64,000 nucleotides of DNA from Thermodesulfobacteriota bacterium (GTDB taxonomy: Bacteria > Desulfobacterota > Desulfobacteria > Desulfobacterales > SURF-7). The notes beneath the pieces are model-generated. The model ran no database searches, was not told where the DNA came from, and was given only the letters and a program-made list of their open reading frames with translations. A program made the position numbers and the translations under genes. Below are positions 48,875 to 58,891 of the stretch, piece by piece. Numbering within the stretch: position 1 is the stretch's first letter; the number at the start of each line of letters is the position of its first letter. The stretch lies in contig JBMORA010000030.1 in NCBI GenBank assembly GCA_049320885.1, forward strand, positions 1 to 64,000, read 5' to 3'.

Positions 48875-50035
48875 TCACATATTGGCCTCAAAGCTGTTCG
48901 GGACGGCATATCCGGTTCGGCGGCAGATATCCTCCCGGGAGGCTTCCGTTAAATCATGGGTCACCATTTCCAGGATCATCTCCTGAAAACTGATCTCCGG
49001 TTTCCAGCCGAGTTTTTCCTTTGCCTTGGTGGGATCGCCCAGCAGGGTGGCCACTTCCGTGGGGCGGAAATAGCGGGGATCGACGGATACCAGGGTCCGA
49101 CCTTTCTTCAGACGCCGGCAGCCGCCAGCCCGGTCGTGCTTTTCCAGCAATTCGGTGGGCGTCACATCCGCTACGATCCCTTTTTCCTCTACCCCCTCGC
49201 CCCGCCATTCGAGTTGAATGCCCAGGGCATGAAAAGCCAGGGTGCAGAATTCCCGTACCGAATGTTGTTCGCCGGTGGCGATGACGTAATCGTCGGGTTC
49301 TTCCTGCTGCAGGATCAGCCACTGGGCTTTGATGAAATCCCGGGCATGCCCCCAGTCCCGCAAGGCATTCAGGTTGCCCAGGTACAGCCCGTCTTCCATT
49401 CCCAGCGCTATTCTCGCCGCCGCTCTTGTAATTTTGCGGGTTACGAAGGTTTCACCCCGGATGGGCGATTCATGATTGAACAGAATCCCGTTGCAGGCGA
49501 ACATGTCATACGCCTCCCGGTAATTGATGGTGCACCAGTAGCCGTACAATTTGGCGCAGGCATAGGGAGAACGGGGATAGAATGGCGTCTTTTCATTTTG
49601 CGGAACCGCTTGCACCTTGCCGTATAATTCCGAGGTGGAAGCCTGGTAGAATCGGATTTTTTTCACCAGATCCAGCATCCGGATGGCTTCCAGGATCCGA
49701 AGCGTCCCGAGGGCGTCGGTATTGGCCGTGTATTCCGGCGCCTCAAAGGAGACTTTGACATGGCTCTGGGCCGCCAGATTGTAAATTTCATCCGGTTGCA
49801 CTGTCTGGATAATCCGAATGATGTTGGTTGCGTCTGTTAAATCTCCGTAATATAATGATAAATTACGTTTCTCAACATGGGGGTCCTGGTACAGATGATC
49901 AATTCGCTGGGTGTTGAAAAGGGAAGACCGGCGCTTGATGCCGTGGACTTCATATCCTTTGCCCAGCAGGAATTCCGCCAGATAGGCGCCATCCTGTCCT
50001 GTGATTCCCGTCAGTAAGGCTTTTTTTTTCGCCAA
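48875..50035 (-). CDS. gmd: GDP-mannose 4,6-dehydratase
   Basis: [38 protein letters not shown]. Confidence 0.97.
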   Translation of the reverse strand: MAKKKALLTGITGQDGAYLAEFLLGKGYEVHGIKRRSSLFNTQRIDHLYQDPHVEKRNLSLYYGDLTDATNIIRIIQTVQPDEIYNLAAQSHVKVSFEAPEYTANTDALGTLRILEAIRMLDLVKKIRFYQASTSELYGKVQAVPQNEKTPFYPRSPYACAKLYGYWCTINYREAYDMFACNGILFNHESPIRGETFVTRKITRAAARIALGMEDGLYLGNLNALRDWGHARDFIKAQWLILQQEEPDDYVIATGEQHSVREFCTLAFHALGIQLEWRGEGVEEKGIVADVTPTELLEKHDRAGGCRRLKKGRTLVSVDPRYFRPTEVATLLGDPTKAKEKLGWKPEISFQEMILEMVTHDLTEASREDICRRTGYAVPNSFEANM

Positions 50036-50067
50036 GGTTTTGGTCTCCTGTTGCTTCTTGAGCAGGG

Positions 50068-51450
50068 TTAAAAATGGGTCAACGCCGGCTTCCCGATGGG
50101 GTAGACATTAAAGCCGATTTGAAAAAGCGCCTGATGATCCACAATATTCCGGCCGTCAAACAGAAAAGCCGGTTGATGCATGCTGCGGAATATTTTTCGG
50201 AAATCCAAGTTTTTATAGAGATCCCATTCGGTCACAATGGCAATGGCGTGGCTGCCTTGCGCCGCTTCGTAGGGATCCGTCACATAGCGGATCCGGCCTT
50301 TGAATCCGCTCAGGTCATTTTTGGCATTCTGCAGGGCCTGGGGATCGGAAATCACCAGTTCGGCATTCTCCTCCAGCAGTTTCTTGGCGATGAAGAATGC
50401 CGGCGTCTCCCGGGTATCACCGGTATTGGCCTTGAAGGCAAAGCCGAACAGGCAGATTCTTTTCTCAGCCAGGGTATTGAACATGGCTTTCAGCATGTTC
50501 AATACAAAACGTTCCTTTTGATATTCATTTATCTTTACGACACTTTCCCAGTAATCGGCCACCGGATTCAATCCATAGGTCCGGCACAGATAGACCAGGT
50601 TGAGGATATCTTTTTTAAAACAGGAGCCGCCGAAACCAACGCTGGCGTTCAGGAATTTTTTCCCGATGCGGGTATCCATGCCGATTGCTCGGGCCACTTC
50701 ATTGACATCGGCATCGGTTTTCTCACACAAATCCGAAATGGCGTTGATGGAAGAAATCCTTTGGGCCAGAAAGGCGTTGGCCACCAGCTTCGAGAGCTCG
50801 CTGCTCCAGATATTGGAGGTGATGATCCGATCCCTGGGCACCCAGTTGGCGTATATCTCCACCAGCTCGTGCATGGCCTGCCGCCCGCTTTCCGTCTGGG
50901 AGGCCCCGATGAGAACCCGGTCCGGGTTTTCCAGATCCGCCATGGCCGTACCTTCAGCCAGAAACTCCGGATTGGAAAGCACTTCGAAATGAATCCGGCT
51001 GTTGTTGGATTTCAGGATTCTCTCCATGGCCAGGGCTGTTTTCACCGGCAGGGTACTTTTTTCCACGATGATTTTCGGCGAGGAGGAACAATCCAGAATC
51101 TTTCGGGCAGTCTTTTCCCAGTATTGCAGATCGGCCGCCATTCCCGCGCCCACGCCGAACATTTTGGTGGGGGTGTTCACGCTGACGAAGATAATATCCG
51201 CCTGTTGAATGCCGGCTTCGATATCCGTGCTGAAGAAGAGGTTTCTTCCCCGGGCGATTGTGACAATCTCGTTCAGTCCCGGTTCGTAGATGGGCAGTTC
51301 GTCCGAGTTCCATTCCCGGATCCGTGTGGGATTGATGTCCACCACTTCCACCCGGTATTGCGGGCATTTGTAGGCGATCATGGCCATGGTCGGCCCGCCG
51401 ACATATCCGGCGCCGATGCACAATATCCGTTTTTGATACTCCGAGGTCAT
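50068..51450 (-). CDS. ugd: UDP-glucose 6-dehydrogenase
   Basis: [48 protein letters not shown]. Confidence 0.95.
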   Translation of the reverse strand: MTSEYQKRILCIGAGYVGGPTMAMIAYKCPQYRVEVVDINPTRIREWNSDELPIYEPGLNEIVTIARGRNLFFSTDIEAGIQQADIIFVSVNTPTKMFGVGAGMAADLQYWEKTARKILDCSSSPKIIVEKSTLPVKTALAMERILKSNNSRIHFEVLSNPEFLAEGTAMADLENPDRVLIGASQTESGRQAMHELVEIYANWVPRDRIITSNIWSSELSKLVANAFLAQRISSINAISDLCEKTDADVNEVARAIGMDTRIGKKFLNASVGFGGSCFKKDILNLVYLCRTYGLNPVADYWESVVKINEYQKERFVLNMLKAMFNTLAEKRICLFGFAFKANTGDTRETPAFFIAKKLLEENAELVISDPQALQNAKNDLSGFKGRIRYVTDPYEAAQGSHAIAIVTEWDLYKNLDFRKIFRSMHQPAFLFDGRNIVDHQALFQIGFNVYPIGKPALTHF

Positions 51451-51675
51451 CTGTTTTTTCCGCATCCTGTCTGATGATGGATCACACGCCAATGAACCGG
51501 TAGGGATATCCAATGGTTTCCCATATAAAGACGAAGTCTTGGCTCAGAATCCATATCAGTGATAATTCTTGAATTCAAGCGCTATTTCTGCTGGCACTTT
51601 CGGGGAGTTCATGGTAATTCGGGCCTGGATGCCCTACAACTGTTCAAAAAACGACGGAATTCGTTTGACGGATGG

Positions 51676-52329
51676 ATGCGTATCGTGACGACCAAAAAAA
51701 CATTTCAAAACCTGTCGCCTTCCAAGCAGGATCGCATCACCCTGGCCGCCATCGAGGAGTTCAGCGAAAAGGGATATGCCGGCGCCAGCATCAACGCCCT
51801 GGTGGATCATCTCGGGATCGCCAAAGGTTCCATCTTTCAATATTTCGGCGATAAAAAAGGATTGTTCTATTTTATTTTCGATACCTGCACCGAAATGGTG
51901 AAGGCCAGACTGCGGATCATCCGCGACCAGACCCGGGACGACCAGCTCTTCTCCCGGCTGGAAAAAAGCCTGACGGCCGGGGTGGCCTTCTTGAGCGAAC
52001 ATCCGCGCATCTACAAGCTGTACCTGCAGGTGTTGTTCGGTTCCAAAATTCCGTTCCGGGACGAAATTCTGCTTTCCCTCCGGAAATACAGCCATGAATA
52101 CCTGCATTCACTGCTTGAATCGGCAAGGGATAAGGGCGAGCTGCGGGAGAACCTGGACATGGACAAGGCCTGCTTCGTCATCGACGCCATCATGGACCGT
52201 TTCCTCCAGGCTCATATGATCCGGCATCTGGACGCCGGCGTCGGCCTGCACCAGGCGGATGATCCCCTCATCCAGGTCTGGATCGCCGAATTGATGGAGA
52301 TCATCCGGCACGGCATCGGCCGGTCGTGA
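51676..52329 (+). CDS. TetR/AcrR-family transcriptional regulator
   Basis: AIEEFSEKGYAGASINALVDHLGIAKGSIFQYFGDK (TetR HTH); start uncertain (ATG 51676 or GTG 51685). Confidence 0.92.
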   Translation: MRIVTTKKTFQNLSPSKQDRITLAAIEEFSEKGYAGASINALVDHLGIAKGSIFQYFGDKKGLFYFIFDTCTEMVKARLRIIRDQTRDDQLFSRLEKSLTAGVAFLSEHPRIYKLYLQVLFGSKIPFRDEILLSLRKYSHEYLHSLLESARDKGELRENLDMDKACFVIDAIMDRFLQAHMIRHLDAGVGLHQADDPLIQVWIAELMEIIRHGIGRS

Positions 52330-52350
52330 CCTCCTCATGGGGAGCCGCCT

Positions 52351-53109
52351 ATGACCCATCTTCTCATCTTTTCCGCCGTACAAGCGGAGACAGCCGCCCT
52401 GGAATCCTGTATTCAGGGATCGGAGACGCATGTCATCGGACGCCGGCGGCTGATGTCAGGCCGTCTCGAGGGCCGGGAAATCCGGTTGTTGGTCACCGGA
52501 CCCGGTGCCGCCAACACCCTCCAGGCGGTCACCGCCTGCATCGAACGCGACCCTCCCGCCATGATGATCCAGACGGGAATCGCCGGAGCATTCGGTGAGA
52601 CGCGGCTGCAAGTGGGCGACCTGGCCGTGGCCACCGAGGAAATCGACGTCCAACTGGGCATCGAACCGGAAGCGGAGGATGCCGCGGTCGTCCCGCTTCC
52701 CTTCGCGGTTCTTGCTCATCAGGGCGCGACCGTCACCGGCAGATATCCGCTGCCCTCCCGGCTGGTGGCAACCGCCCTGGACGTTTTACGGCGGCGTTAT
52801 CAGGGACGGGAAGTCCTAATCCAGGCCGGACCCTTTGTCACCGTCGCCACGGTCACGGCAACGGAAAAGCGGGCCAGACGTCTGTTCCATCAATACGGCG
52901 CCTGCATGGAAGCCATGGAAGGCGCCGCGGCGGCCCATTTGTCCCTCCATTATGACATACCCCTTTTGGAAATCCGTGCGGCCAGCAACATGACGGGCCG
53001 GCGTGACCTGACGTCATGGAATATCCCCCTGGCCTGCTCCCGGTGCAGTGAGGCCGTCCGGATTTTTCTTCAGGAGACCGGACCGGAAGCATACGGAGAC
53101 CGACCATGA
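52351..53109 (+). CDS. mqnB: Futalosine hydrolase
   Basis: PNP/MTAN fold (TGPGAAN, TGIAGAF, TVATVT, EAMEGAA, EIRAASN..G.RD..W) in an mqn cluster. Confidence 0.9.
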   Translation: MTHLLIFSAVQAETAALESCIQGSETHVIGRRRLMSGRLEGREIRLLVTGPGAANTLQAVTACIERDPPAMMIQTGIAGAFGETRLQVGDLAVATEEIDVQLGIEPEAEDAAVVPLPFAVLAHQGATVTGRYPLPSRLVATALDVLRRRYQGREVLIQAGPFVTVATVTATEKRARRLFHQYGACMEAMEGAAAAHLSLHYDIPLLEIRAASNMTGRRDLTSWNIPLACSRCSEAVRIFLQETGPEAYGDRP

Positions 53110-53972
53110 ACCGACGCATTACCCTGGGTTTTTCCACCTGTCCCAACGACACTTTCATTTTCCATGCCCTTGTCCATCAACTGGTCCCCTGCGAGGGGAT
53201 CCGCTTTGCCGCGGAGTTGAAGGACGTGGAATCCCTCAATCAGGAAGCCCGGGCGGAACGCTACGATGTTTCCAAACTGTCCTTCGCAGCCATCGGACGG
53301 TTGCTGGACCGGTACGGTCTGCTGCGAAGCGGCGCGGCCCTGGGACGGGGCTGCGGCCCGCTGCTGGTGGCCCGGCCGGGGACCGTGATCCGGCCCCAAG
53401 CCAGGCAGGTGATCGCCGTCCCGGGCCTCTGGACCACGGCGAACCTACTGCTCGGACTGTTTCTGCCGAAACCGCCCATGGTGATGCCCATGCCCTTTGA
53501 TCTCATCATGCCGAGCGTCCGGGAGGGAAAAGCGGACATGGGCGTCATCATTCATGAAGGCCGCTTCACCTACGGGGAATATGGGCTCGCGGAATTGTGC
53601 GATCTCGGTGCCTGGTGGGAGGAGCGGACATCCTTGCCGATCCCCCTGGGCGGGATCGCCATCCATCGCCGGACGGAGGAACCAATCGGCCGGAAAATCG
53701 AGGAGGCCATCGCCGCCAGCGTCCGGCATGCCAAGCAATTTCCGGAGGCCTCACGGGAATATGTTCACCGGCATGCCCGGGAAATGAGTCCCGCGGTCAT
53801 CCGTCAACACATCTCCCTGTATGTCAATGATTTTTCCATCGATGTGGGGGGGGAAGGCGAAAAGGCCATCCGCCTGCTTTTTGCCAAGGCCGCCGAAAAA
53901 GGCTTGATCCCGCCGCCCAGGGGACCACTGTTCGCTTTTGAAGGCAAGGGCCGTTCCCTGCGGGACAGATAA
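53106..53972 (+). CDS. mqnD: 1,4-dihydroxy-6-naphthoate synthase
   Basis: GFSTCPNDTFIF, GAALGRGCGP, IIHEGRFTY, PIPLGGI, HISLYVN. Confidence 0.96.
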   Translation: MNRRITLGFSTCPNDTFIFHALVHQLVPCEGIRFAAELKDVESLNQEARAERYDVSKLSFAAIGRLLDRYGLLRSGAALGRGCGPLLVARPGTVIRPQARQVIAVPGLWTTANLLLGLFLPKPPMVMPMPFDLIMPSVREGKADMGVIIHEGRFTYGEYGLAELCDLGAWWEERTSLPIPLGGIAIHRRTEEPIGRKIEEAIAASVRHAKQFPEASREYVHRHAREMSPAVIRQHISLYVNDFSIDVGGEGEKAIRLLFAKAAEKGLIPPPRGPLFAFEGKGRSLRDR

Positions 53973-54877
53973 ATCACCTTGGCCGGGCAGGACTGGGCGA
54001 AAGACAAGTGCACAGGCTCCTGCAGCAGGCCCTGGTGGGCCAGACAGTTGTAAAAATGCCGGAGCCCCAGTTTTTTGAACGGATCTAGGTCATACCGCAG
54101 CCGGCGGTAATACGTATCCAGAAAGGTGGAATCCAGGCCGGTGGCCCGGGCAACGCAACAGACGACCTGGTCGATATGCCGGATGCCTTGGTTTTTCGAC
54201 CGGACCAGGGCGGCACCGATGGCGGAAACGATGTCCGGGTGATCCAGGGCGAATTGCCGGCGCACCGCCCAGAGGGCGAAGACGAACGGCAGGCCGGTCA
54301 TCCGGCGCCACATCCCCCCCAAATCCCAGATAAACGGGAATCGGCGGGACCAGTCGTTGCGGAGGGCCTTGTCGCCGATCACCAGAAAAGCCGCGACGCC
54401 GGGATCGAGATTCCCGGGGTCTTCAATGCCGGCCGTGATCCATCGGGGGGTTATCCCCCTATGGCTGCAGATCAGTTTCGCCAGAGCCGCCGCCGAGGCG
54501 GACTCATCGGTGATGCAGACCGGTTCTCCCTGCAACCGATGGAGGGGCAGCCGGCTGACCAGGAGCACGCTCATGACGTTTCCAAAACTGGAGATGGACA
54601 GATCCGGCAGGATCTGCCAGTCTCGATGATGAACCGCATAGGCGGCGGATGAAACCGGACTGATATCGATGGCCCCCTCTGCCAGCAGGCGGTTCAATTC
54701 CGCAGGCGTTCCGTTCACCCAGACCGGATCATCCGGCCCGGCCTGCCGGTCCATGTTGTAATAGACCGGCGCGACATTCAAATATTTGATTCTGCCCACG
54801 CGCACTTCCGGCGCGTCCTTCCCCAAGCGATTCATACAGCTCCCTGCCATGAAAATGTCCGTCTCCCTACCTGTCAT
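53804..54877 (-). CDS. mqnA: Chorismate dehydratase
   Basis: GRIKYLNVAP, GTPAELN, SVLLVS, IGDKAL, DLGGMW...TGLPFVFALW; ATG 54877 forms an ATGA overlap with the upstream stop; 3' end overlaps mqnD. Confidence 0.88.
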   Translation of the reverse strand: MTGRETDIFMAGSCMNRLGKDAPEVRVGRIKYLNVAPVYYNMDRQAGPDDPVWVNGTPAELNRLLAEGAIDISPVSSAAYAVHHRDWQILPDLSISSFGNVMSVLLVSRLPLHRLQGEPVCITDESASAAALAKLICSHRGITPRWITAGIEDPGNLDPGVAAFLVIGDKALRNDWSRRFPFIWDLGGMWRRMTGLPFVFALWAVRRQFALDHPDIVSAIGAALVRSKNQGIRHIDQVVCCVARATGLDSTFLDTYYRRLRYDLDPFKKLGLRHFYNCLAHQGLLQEPVHLSFAQSCPAKVIYLSRRERPLPSKANSGPLGGGIKPFSAALAKSRRMAFSPSPPTSMEKSLTYREMC

Positions 54878-56124
54878 GCGGTTCCCAAAAGCCTTCCGCC
54901 GGCTGTCGGACCCGACCCGACCAGCGCGGCCGCCAGTTCCTCCCGGGAGGCGGCTTCCAGCGGCAGGTACAGCATGGCACCCTGTTTTCCAGGGGTCAGG
55001 GTCCCGAAATGCGCGGCAAGCCCCAGGGCCGCGGCGCCGTTCTTCGTGGCCATCCGGAGGATCGAGCAAGGCGATAAACCGGGAAACATCCTGGCCAGAA
55101 ACGCCATCTCGTCGAAGATATCCAGGCTGTCCACGCTTGCCAGACTGTCGGTCCCCAGACAGAGGTTCACCCCGCTCCGGTGCAAGGCCTCCACATCCGG
55201 CAATCGCCGATGCAACCGTTGGTTGCTTCTGGGGCAGAGACACACGGACGGTTGATGCTTCCGCAGCAAGTCCCGGTCTTCCCCGTCGCAATGGATGCAA
55301 TGCACCAGGATGGTGCGCCGGTCCAGAAGTCCCAGCCGTTCCAGATAGCGGACCGGCGAGGCCGATCCGACGGGCCAGTCCTGAAAATCAATGCCGCGCT
55401 CCGTCAACAAATCCGCCCACGCGCCCTTCCCTTCCGCAAGAAAAGTCATTTCGTCCTCGGATTCGGCGGCATGGATGGAAAAAGGCGCATCGTCCCCGCG
55501 CGTCCGGCTTTTCAGGGCGGCCAGCACCCCGGGGGACGTGGTATGCGGCCCATGTCCGGCCAGCGCCGCGATCCGGAACGAATCGATTTGCCCGCCCTTC
55601 CCCTCCACGGACAAGGCGGCGGGGTCGCCCCCCAGAAGCTCCTGAAACCAGACGCCGCAAAGCCCGGAAGCGAAAAACATCTCCCGGGTCAGGCCGGTGG
55701 TGGAGATGTCGCCGACCAGCAGACACCCGGAAGCCTTCAGGAACCGGACCGCGTTGCGGGCGCTTTCCAGGAGGCTTGCGGCGTCGATTTCATCCCGCAG
55801 GCGGATGAGCTCGCGCACCCAGGATCGAAATTCCGGCCAAGATCCGATTCTTCCCTGCAAGGCGGACAATTCCAGATGGGTGTGAACATTGGCCAGGGGG
55901 GGCATCAACACGCCGGAACCATGATCCGTAACCAACGCATCCCCCGGCACCCTGCCCCGCCCCACCTCGCGGATGATCCGGTCCTCGATCACCACATAGC
56001 CGTTTTGAAGGATGTCATCCGGGTCCACCATCACCCAGCCGGCGCGATGAACCTGGCGCAAAGCCCCCCGGGGCCGGGAACCCGGCAGCGTAAGCGATGA
56101 TGCCATGGAGCCTGCCGACGTCAT
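54874..56124 (-). CDS. Amidohydrolase, probable aminofutalosine deaminase
   Basis: NVHTHLE, HGPHT, IHAAES.DE, VHC, CPRSN, LGTDS; lies between mqnC and mqnA. Confidence 0.8.
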   Translation of the reverse strand: MTSAGSMASSLTLPGSRPRGALRQVHRAGWVMVDPDDILQNGYVVIEDRIIREVGRGRVPGDALVTDHGSGVLMPPLANVHTHLELSALQGRIGSWPEFRSWVRELIRLRDEIDAASLLESARNAVRFLKASGCLLVGDISTTGLTREMFFASGLCGVWFQELLGGDPAALSVEGKGGQIDSFRIAALAGHGPHTTSPGVLAALKSRTRGDDAPFSIHAAESEDEMTFLAEGKGAWADLLTERGIDFQDWPVGSASPVRYLERLGLLDRRTILVHCIHCDGEDRDLLRKHQPSVCLCPRSNQRLHRRLPDVEALHRSGVNLCLGTDSLASVDSLDIFDEMAFLARMFPGLSPCSILRMATKNGAAALGLAAHFGTLTPGKQGAMLYLPLEAASREELAAALVGSGPTAGGRLLGTA

Positions 56125-57185
56125 CGGCCATGAACCCGGATGAGGTTGTAAAAACAGTCCCGCTGCCGGGCCTCATATCCGGCATCCTGAATCAGCCGGA
56201 TCATTTCCGCCAGCGGCAGACGGAAATGGACCCCGGCCGCGGCAACGACATTTTCCTCGATCATGGTGCTGCCCAGATCATTGGCGCCGAAGGCCAGGGC
56301 CGCCTGCGCCACCTTTTCCCCCTGGGTGACCCAGGAAGCCTGGATGTTGGGCACATTGTCCAGCATCAGACGGGAAAGCGCCAGCACCCGCAGATACATC
56401 ACGGCGGAGGCTGTTTTTCCGGGAAGGCGGGTGTTCCCGGGCTGAAACGTCCAGGGGATGAAGGCGGTGAACCCGCCGGTCCGATCCTGCAACTCCCGAA
56501 TTTTGGAAAGATGCTCGATGATATGACGGTTCTGTTCAATGTGTCCGAACATCATGGTGGCGGTGGATTTCAGCCCCAGGCCGTGGGCCGTTTCCATCAC
56601 CTCCAGCCATTCCCCGGCAGTGAATTTGCGGGGCGAGATGACGGCGCGGATGTCATCCGCCAAAATCTCGGCGCCGCCGCCGGGAATCGATCCGAGACCA
56701 GCCTCCATGAGCTCCGCCAGCACGTTTTCGACCGACAAGCCGGACTGTCTCGAAATAAACAGGATTTCCGGAGGAGAGAACCCGTGGACGTGAATGGGAA
56801 AGCGGCTCTTGATGAACCGCAGGAGTTTCCGGTAATCCTCCAGTTTCAGCTCCGGGTTCAACCCGCCCTGAAGCAATATCTGGGTTCCCCCCATGTCCAG
56901 GGTCTCCTCGATTTTCCGGCTCAAAACCGCTTCGGTCAGCAGGTAACCCTCCGGATGCCCGGGCTCCCGGTAAAAAGCGCAAAAATCACATCCGGAAAGA
57001 CAGATATTGGTATAATTGATATTGCGGTCGATCACAAAGGTGACGCCATTATCCGGATGGAGTTCAACCCGTTTCTGATGAGCCCGGGCTCCGAGTTCGA
57101 GCAGCTCCGCATGGTCCAGCAGGCGCAGGGCTTCCTGGGCGTCCAGGCGTTCATGACGGCGAGATGTCCGAACAGGGGCGGTCAT
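56121..57185 (-). CDS. mqnC: Cyclic dehypoxanthine futalosine synthase (radical SAM)
   Basis: IDRNINYTNIC..GCDFC, LLQGG, SIPGGGAEIL, FIPWTFQP, NIQASWVTQG, EENVV. Confidence 0.93.
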   Translation of the reverse strand: MTAPVRTSRRHERLDAQEALRLLDHAELLELGARAHQKRVELHPDNGVTFVIDRNINYTNICLSGCDFCAFYREPGHPEGYLLTEAVLSRKIEETLDMGGTQILLQGGLNPELKLEDYRKLLRFIKSRFPIHVHGFSPPEILFISRQSGLSVENVLAELMEAGLGSIPGGGAEILADDIRAVISPRKFTAGEWLEVMETAHGLGLKSTATMMFGHIEQNRHIIEHLSKIRELQDRTGGFTAFIPWTFQPGNTRLPGKTASAVMYLRVLALSRLMLDNVPNIQASWVTQGEKVAQAALAFGANDLGSTMIEENVVAAAGVHFRLPLAEMIRLIQDAGYEARQRDCFYNLIRVHGR

Positions 57186-58303
57186 CCGGCCTCCTCCAGT
57201 CCGTCCACCGGCCGGTAAAACGAATCCCGTTCCACCGGAATGAAACCGGCGTCGGCGATCAATGCCCGCATGTGATCGGATGAAAGGCCCTTGGCGGAGG
57301 TGGCCCCGGCCATATGGGTGATTTTTTCCTCGATGATGGTCCCGTCCAGATCGTCGGCGCCGAAGGAAAGCGCGATCTGGGCCAGTTTCTCCCCGATCAT
57401 GACCCAATAGGCTTTGATGTGATCGAAATTATTCAGCAACAGGCGGGCCGCCACGATATTGCTCAGATCATCGAACGCCGTTGTCGCCGGCAGATGGGCC
57501 AGTTCCGTGTTTTTGGAATGGAAGGCAAGGGGGATGAAAGCCGAAAAGCCGCCGGTGCGGTCCTGAAGATCGCGCAGCCGGATCAAATGGGCCACCCGCT
57601 CCGCAATGGTTTCAATATGGCCGTACAACATGGTGGCGTTGGATGACAGTCCGCATCCATGGGCTGTTTCCACCACCTCGATCCATTTTTCCCAGCTGAT
57701 TTTTTTTGGAAACAGGGCCTGATGAATCCGCTCGTTCATCACCTCGGCACCGCCACCCGGCATCATGCCCAGACCGGCCGCCTGTAATTCGCGGATCACT
57801 TTCTCGATGGAAAGACCGGATATTTTGGAAAAATGATTGATTTCCACGGCCGTGAAGGCCTTGATCGTGGCCAACGGTCGCAGTTCCTTGATGGTACGGA
57901 CCAGGCTCAGATAATAGCTGAAGGGCAAGGCCGGGTTGATTCCTCCCACCACGTGCAGTTCCCGGATGGGTTCCCCCAGGCGCTCCGTCACCCGGTCGCG
58001 AATGTGATCCAGGGCCAGGGTAAACGCGCCGTTGCTCCCCTCCTGTTTTGAAAAGGCACAGAAGCGGCAATGATTGATGCAGACATTTGTATAATTGATA
58101 TGCTGATTATAGACAAAATAGGCCTTGCGGCCATGACGCCGTTTGCGAACTTCGTCGGCTATCCGGGCCTTGCCGATGAGATCCCGGCTTTCATACAGCA
58201 GCATGCCGTCTTCAGGTCCCAGGCGCCGTCCCGCTCTCACTTTTTCCCGGATGGCCAGCAGTCGCTGATCCGATATGGGCAGATCGTACATCTTCTCCAA
58301 CAA
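57182..58303 (-). CDS. mqnE: Aminofutalosine synthase (radical SAM)
   Basis: HINYTNVCINHCRFC, ELHVVGG, KAFTAVEI, NATMLYGHIE, HIKAYW, EKITHMAG. Confidence 0.94.
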   Translation of the reverse strand: MLEKMYDLPISDQRLLAIREKVRAGRRLGPEDGMLLYESRDLIGKARIADEVRKRRHGRKAYFVYNQHINYTNVCINHCRFCAFSKQEGSNGAFTLALDHIRDRVTERLGEPIRELHVVGGINPALPFSYYLSLVRTIKELRPLATIKAFTAVEINHFSKISGLSIEKVIRELQAAGLGMMPGGGAEVMNERIHQALFPKKISWEKWIEVVETAHGCGLSSNATMLYGHIETIAERVAHLIRLRDLQDRTGGFSAFIPLAFHSKNTELAHLPATTAFDDLSNIVAARLLLNNFDHIKAYWVMIGEKLAQIALSFGADDLDGTIIEEKITHMAGATSAKGLSSDHMRALIADAGFIPVERDSFYRPVDGLEEAG

Positions 58304-58350
58304 CCCTAATCCTTATGGCAATCCGTTTTTGAAACCGCGGATTATGAAAA

Positions 58351-58364
58351 TGACCACATGGTCA
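58351..58364. promoter_or_regulatory. Palindromic operator upstream of mqnE
   Basis: TGACCA-CA-TGGTCA, immediately downstream of the -10 of the minus-strand promoter. Confidence 0.6.
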
Positions 58365-58367
58365 CTC

Positions 58368-58396
58368 CTTATAAAACAGGTAACCATCCAAAGCAA
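58368..58396 (-). promoter_or_regulatory. Putative sigma70 promoter of the mqnE operon
   Basis: Minus strand TTGCTT (58396-58391), 17 nt, TATAAG (58373-58368). Confidence 0.55.
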
Positions 58397-58500
58397 GAAG
58401 ATTCCGCGGGCGGGATCGAAAGCGGTTGCAGTCAAGCGGTTGATTTGGTATTGGTTATCCGGATTTCAATGGTCATCACCCGTATCTCAAAGGATGAAGC

Positions 58501-58884
58501 ATGCTGATTCGGACACATCAGAAGATCGACAACGCGTATTGCGGTGCCCCCGTTGAACTGCAGGACGGGTACAGCAAGGTGGCGTTGACGACCATGGAAG
58601 AAATGGCGGTGGATGAGATGGGCCTCGTCCATGGCGGTTTTATCTTCGGCCTCGCCGATTACGCGGCCATGATTGCCGTGAACCATCCCCATGTGGTTCT
58701 GGGAGCGGCAGATGTCAAATTCACCAAGCCGGTCAGGGTCGGGGACACGGTTACGGCCGTTGCCCGGCTGGAGAAAAACGAAGGCAAGAAACAATCCGTA
58801 TCCGTCACGGTTTCCAGGGCATCCGAAACGGTTTTTACCGGCAATTTCATTTGTTTCATTCTGGAAAAACACGTGCTGGGCTGA
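58501..58884 (+). CDS. Hotdog-fold (PaaI-like) thioesterase
   Basis: GLVHGGFIFGLADYAAM, VKFTKPVRVGD. Confidence 0.88.
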   Translation: MLIRTHQKIDNAYCGAPVELQDGYSKVALTTMEEMAVDEMGLVHGGFIFGLADYAAMIAVNHPHVVLGAADVKFTKPVRVGDTVTAVARLEKNEGKKQSVSVTVSRASETVFTGNFICFILEKHVLG

Positions 58885-58891
58885 CAAACCA

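Noticed and set aside
50074..51474. 466-aa plus-strand ORF
   Set aside because: Antisense shadow of ugd, expected from GC-rich codon bias
54878..55300. Long N-terminal extensions in the ORF track (mqnA here; likewise mqnC, the second Hsp70, the epimerase, tetR)
   Set aside because: They overlap upstream genes; better starts exist at ATGA overlaps or after RBS motifs where homology begins
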